In this document: positions 56,801 to 62,800 of the stretch, one piece after another | Layout of the letters: the number at the start of each line of letters is the position of its first letter | How positions within the stretch are numbered: position 1 is the stretch's first letter | Program-made: the position numbers and the translations under genes | The notes under the pieces: generated by a model | Told to the model about the DNA's origin: nothing | The model's input: the letters and a program-made list of their open reading frames with translations, nothing else | Databases searched by the model: none | Assembly: GCA_965644265.1 (NCBI GenBank) | Contig: OZ286471.1 | Coordinates: 46,686,001 to 46,750,000 of the forward strand | Reading direction: 5' to 3' | Length of the DNA: 64,000 bases | DNA from: Glycera tridactyla | Taxonomy: Eukaryota

Positions 56801-59800
56801 AGATTACCGACTCACAATTTCAAGTGAACAACCCTTTTTGCCAATATTTGCAATTGTGAAAAATCATCTTGTGATTGCAGCTATGATCTGTGGTCAGCCG
56901 CGACCTACAACAGTAGCTTTCCAGACCACCACGGGTGAAGACTGTTTCATCCCAACATATGGTGGCTCAGCTAGCACAGAATCTGTTTGTATCTTCCCAT
57001 TCTCCTACAAGAACACGATATACACGGGATGTTCCACAGAGGACAATAGTGGGGTACCATGGTGTTATACGTCCTATGACTACAAGAACAACCACTTGTG
57101 GGGAAATTGTAGAGGTGCGTCAAGGTAATAGTCTGTAGCAGGCCCTCTTCATTGAGCTTCACTCATGCTCTGCCCTACCAATGGGAGTGTCGATCAGATA
57201 CAAGAAAGAAAATGGAATTAGTGTCGAATCGGTTTGCTCCAGTTAACAATAGTGATGGTACTGCTCACTCATATTCTGGAAACAGATTGACGGATTTTTG
57301 CCATCATGCAAATTCCGAGGTTAAATTCAGTGGATGCTATCCAGTTACCTTTGAAATGTTATATAGTCTCTCGCTTGTTTATCTGCATTGACCGTAATGA
57401 AGGCTAACTCCAATGTAGCTTGTTTTCTGTTTTATCGGGAGATGATCGATTCTGTCAACCTAGTGTTGGAAGCAGAAGATTGACTGAAACTCATAAAACA
57501 AGGCCTGCTGTCAGCTATATCTGCCAAATTTGTTACATGCATGTTGTAATACTTGCTGATTCTATGCGTCTCGGGCTCCAGTCTTTCCCATAGTCAGTCA
57601 TGTCAACAATAGGATCATTCGTATCATTGTATAGCGGTAGAGGTGTGTCTGAACTGACAGCTACGTCCACCTGATTACCCTTCTCGTTCCCATCATCCTG
57701 TCTGTAGCGAGTGATGCCTGCAGGTTAACGCACATGGGAACGATTGGCATACACAAACGTCTGAATTTGTGAATGTCCTGAAATCTGAGCAATTCGATAA
57801 ATTTTTCGTGAGATTTTTTTTGTTGATACCAACATTCGCTAATAACAAGTACCTGAATATCAATACCTCTCTTGAGAGTGATTCAGAACCAATACTTTTT
57901 CAAATGTAGGAATAAGTAAAAGGTTGCAAATGCTGTCAAAGTCTTCACCCAGATTGTCATCATGAGTTATGTCAATAAGAGACGAAGTATCTCAATATGA
58001 ATTGGTGACTATTTTACAGAGTTGGTTTGTGGTAGGCCTCGCCCAGTTTCCGCTGCGTTATCCACGACCACTCAGTCCAACTGTTACATCCCAACTACTG
58101 GAGGGACAGCCGGACAACCATCTGTCTGTATCTTCCCTTTCTCCTATCGAGATGTGATCTATACTGGATGCTCCACTGTGGACAATAGTGGATACCCTTG
58201 GTGCTACACTTCTTATGACTACAGAAATGACCACCTCTGGGGTAATTGCCAAGGTATGCCTCTGACATGAGCGAAGTCATGAACGCTTCGATATTGCTGA
58301 ATTTTGGAATATTTCCCTCTCGGGATATAGTTACATGGGTTGTCTAGGGAAAATTAGAATAAGTGAGTGAGCAAGCGGGCAGAGGAGTGAGTAAGTTGGG
58401 GAGTGAGTGGAATTGGGTGATTGTGCAAATGTGTCAGTATTTGGCTGGGCAAGTCAATGATTGTGTTTATGATCCAATTCCGTAATCTGCCCGGCATGAT
58501 TGTTTTCGTCTGTACCAACAATCTCTCCTTCTAGAATTGAGATGTGATGGTGAAAGGCCCACTACAGCTGCAACAGCAACAACGACAGGCAGTGACTGCT
58601 GGATTCCAACATCAGGTGGCACTGCTCTCTATGAGTCTGTTTGTATATTTCCATTCTCTTACCGTGATGTGATCTATACGGGCTGCACTACTGTCGATAA
58701 TGGTCGGACACCATGGTGCTATACTTCATATAACTACGAGAACGACCATCTCTGGGGCAACTGTGGAGGTAGGAATATCGATAGTGTAAGGCCAGCTGAA
58801 AGTTGCAGGGGTGAGGTCGGTTGGATTATATGTCATGGTGGTAGCAGTTGGGTGATGGTGGTATTGATGATGGTGGCGATCGTAGTAGCAGTGATGATGC
58901 TGCCAGTAATGGTAGTAATGCTGAAATATTCCATTACTGTCCATTTTTGAAATGTTGATGGTATTCCTGCTTCTTTCCTCACCTTTTGTTGATGTAGTAA
59001 TTGCGTGATTAGGTTGCTAGGGATGAGATTAGGCACTGATGAGAGTGTATGAAAGTATGACGATAGTGATAATTGGTAATGATGCTGGCACATTGCTAGT
59101 GGTCTCACATGTCTTATGGGAAAGTGAGGCAATTCAATATATAATGTATAGATGGTGATGATATGAGAATTGATAAATGCTTCTGTGTTGCAATCCTGCA
59201 ACCCAAGCTACAGTATCCCTGTTACTCATCATCCTATGGCTAATTACATGGGTTCATAAGCTGTAAACCCTGCTTTTAGCGTTGGTCTGTGGCCAACCCA
59301 GACCCCGGTCCCGGGCACCCCAGACCACCACGGCCACTGATTGCTTCATTCCCACCCATGGTGGTACAGCAGGCGACTCTGTATGTATATTCCCCTTCGA
59401 GTACAGGGGTGAGATATATACGGGGTGTACCACAGTGGATAATGGCGATGACCCCTGGTGCTACACTTCATATAACTATAAACAGGATCACCTGTGGAGC
59501 AACTGCTGGGGTATGCAGTGGTTTGGCCCTCCCGTTACCATTCACTTTGTAGGTTCTCAAATGCAAAACATGAATCTGATTGGAAATTGAAAAGAACAAG
59601 AATATGATCTGGCATATCTCGAGTAAAATACTCATCCACAAATACGAGATGGGTTCGCCATCCCATGCAGTAAGCCTGTGAAGTGAATGGATATGGGGAG
59701 TCACACCCACTGAGTATGGCATACTAACTACCTGGACTAACCTCTTAGTACTCAGATACGGAAACATGGAAGCTTTACACTATGTGAGAGCTACAACGAA

Positions 59801-62800
59801 CATCGAGTCCGGTCAATAGGAATGTCATACTAACTGTGAAGATTAATCCCTTCATAGCACCATGCAAACAAATGTAGTTTATCACAAGCGACACAAAACA
59901 CTGAAGAATCGACAAGATGAAGGTAGTAGTGTTGTACACTGCAGCCCTGTAGTGGTAATCAATACGATGTGGGGATTAAAATAACACCAAATTTCTGTGA
60001 ATAATTGCTTCATCTCCTTACCAATGTGAACACATCTTGAGGCAGTCTCTTTTTTCATCAGTACATATAGCCGCTATATAACGAAAAGTAATCAGAATCA
60101 TCACCTTATTTGTTCATCAATCTACTCAGTCTGTCAAAGGCGAACCAATCACCTACCACCCGAGATGAGAAGATTGCCGCCCCAGTACTTGTTGATGACC
60201 ACCACATAAGAATACATTGAAAGAGGTGACTCAACTTCACACCATAGAAGTGATCACTAATGCCAACAAATCAACACTTTCGCTACCTGCAGCAATATTT
60301 GATGTGTTTCCTACCTTTTTGATGGCCTATTGAAGATGCATTCCACCCCATGTCGAGATTATATTAGGCTCCTCACTTTGGCATTGGTATGTGGCGGAGA
60401 GCGCCCAACCACTTCAGCCATTGTTGCAATAAACAGGAGTGACTGCCGGATCCACACTACTGAAGGAACTGCTCTGTCCAACCAAGTTTGCATCTTTCCT
60501 GCTGTGTACAAGATCGTCATCATTACTGGATGTTCCACTGAAGATACTGGCGACTACCTCTGGGATTATACATCATACAACTACAAAGATGACGAACTGT
60601 GGGGGAACTAGGCAGGTCTGCCAAGATTGATGAAATGTGCCAAGGCCAGCAATAACAATTATATTTGCATCCGATGAGAAGTTTGCAAAAAAAGAAAGAC
60701 ATGTGTGGTCAATTGCAAAGACAGGCATCAAGCAAGAATCTGTGATAAACTTAGCCATGTGTTGGCAAGGCTCACATGTGGGAAGGAATGATTCTGATAT
60801 TCCCCTTTCAGTTCGTCTTGGGATGACATAAGAGGAAATCATGGTTCGCTGATACATAGTAGTCAGTGTTTAGACGAATATTACCTTCCACAATCATGGG
60901 CGGTGAGTCGTTGAAGTGTCGGGATGAAGGGATGATGACCTCATGATTGTTCCACTGTTTTCATATTATTAGTGTGTGGTCCGACCACCTCCGTTAGTGA
61001 ATTTCACATCACAAAACAAGGTGGGACATCAGGGCAAATTTTTCTCTGTATCATTTCATTCTACTACAAGAACTATCCACAATAGCTGCTTCTCTGTGGA
61101 CAGCAGTGGCACACCTTAAGGCTACACCTGATATGACTACAGGAATGACTACTTATGAGATTACTTAACAAATGGCATAATCATCATCCCTTTGGTTCGT
61201 GCCAGCCTGTAAACTTTGAACGACCATCCAATCGACCAGAGCCCCGAAGACTGTTGCATACAAACTTATGGGGGTACAGCAATGGCGGCCTATGTCTGCA
61301 CTTCCGCTTCACATACAATGATACTACATATAGAGGGTGATCAGCAGCTGATGATAGAAACACAACCTGGTTCCAGGTTAGAGGACATCTAGCTATCAAT
61401 GACCACTAACACATGACATACATAATCATCTTGGTTGATACATGCTATCAAACCTTAAACAAGCAAACAGACAGTGCTATACTTCTCACAATTACTGTGA
61501 AGATCATATTTGGGGCAATTGCAGAGGTGTGACAACTGCAGATTCACATTTTTTCACACAGGAGATTGTGTATGTGTTTGTGTGTGGGTGTGTGTCTGTG
61601 TGTGGGGGAGAGGGGGAGAAAGGAAACTCGGAATGGACAGATAGACCATAATATATGAATATCGAATGCTCTTCCCTGAGAACCAGTTTGTTGATATTTC
61701 AATAGCCCTTCTTCACGCATTGATGACTCCTTCTAATCAATCGCAAGAAACGCCAAATATTTCGCTGGTTTTGAACATGGTCATTGTTTTCAGAGTTGGT
61801 CTGTGGCCAGCCACGCCCAACCACTGGCAGTATTGGAACAACTACGAGGGGTGATTGTTGGATTCCAACATACGGCGGTACAGCTGGTCAGTCTGTCTGC
61901 ATCTTTCCTTTCCAATACCGGGGCACCATCTACACAGGCTGCTCCACAGTTGATAATGGTGGCTATTCCTGGTGTTATACCTCCTACAATTATGAGAATG
62001 ATCATCTGTGGGGAAACTGCGAAGGTATGACATTCAACATGTAGAAGTCAAATTGGGGAAATGAAGTTGATGAGTTCAATCCCAACCGCAAGAGTTCGGC
62101 CTTATCCATTTTAGCCATTGTCTTTTTGTAGATCATTTGTGGAACTTTTGAAAATTTTGAGGCCAGTTTTCTCTTGAGCATCCTCTACCTTTATCTCTAT
62201 TTCTTTAGAACAGGTATTCCTGATTCAGCCACAGTTTGTTTTGTTCTCTCACTTAGCAGCCTCTCTACATTTTGGCATCTTCTGACATATGACAAGCTTT
62301 TATGATATTCTGAAGTATTGTGGATAGATACTTGTTTGGAAGCATGATCGGTGATGCTGCTTCCACAATTGTAGCGGTTGTCTGTGGTCAACCACGGCCA
62401 ACCACAGCACCACCTCAGACTACTACTAGAGATGACTGCTGGATCCCTACTACTGGAGGATCTGCGGGCTCCTCTTCAGTGTGTATCTTCCCATTCAGCT
62501 ACAGGAATGTCAGATATACAGGCTGTTCCACTGTCGATAATAGTGGCTACCCATGGTGTTACACCTCGTACAACTATGAAAATGATCATCTTTGGGGCAA
62601 TTGCCAAGGTTAGTTGTGAATGAGACCTATCTTTCCGAGCCTCCCAAGTGAAAACTATACGTTTCTCTTGAATTGTGGTCTTGTGCCGAGGATTGAATTG
62701 TTCAATCGTGAAAAGATATGTACTGTAAGTTCAGATTCTTTATCCAATCACCTAGGTTTATTTGCTTCGACTGATCCTGCATTATTGGTGAATGGGAAAC

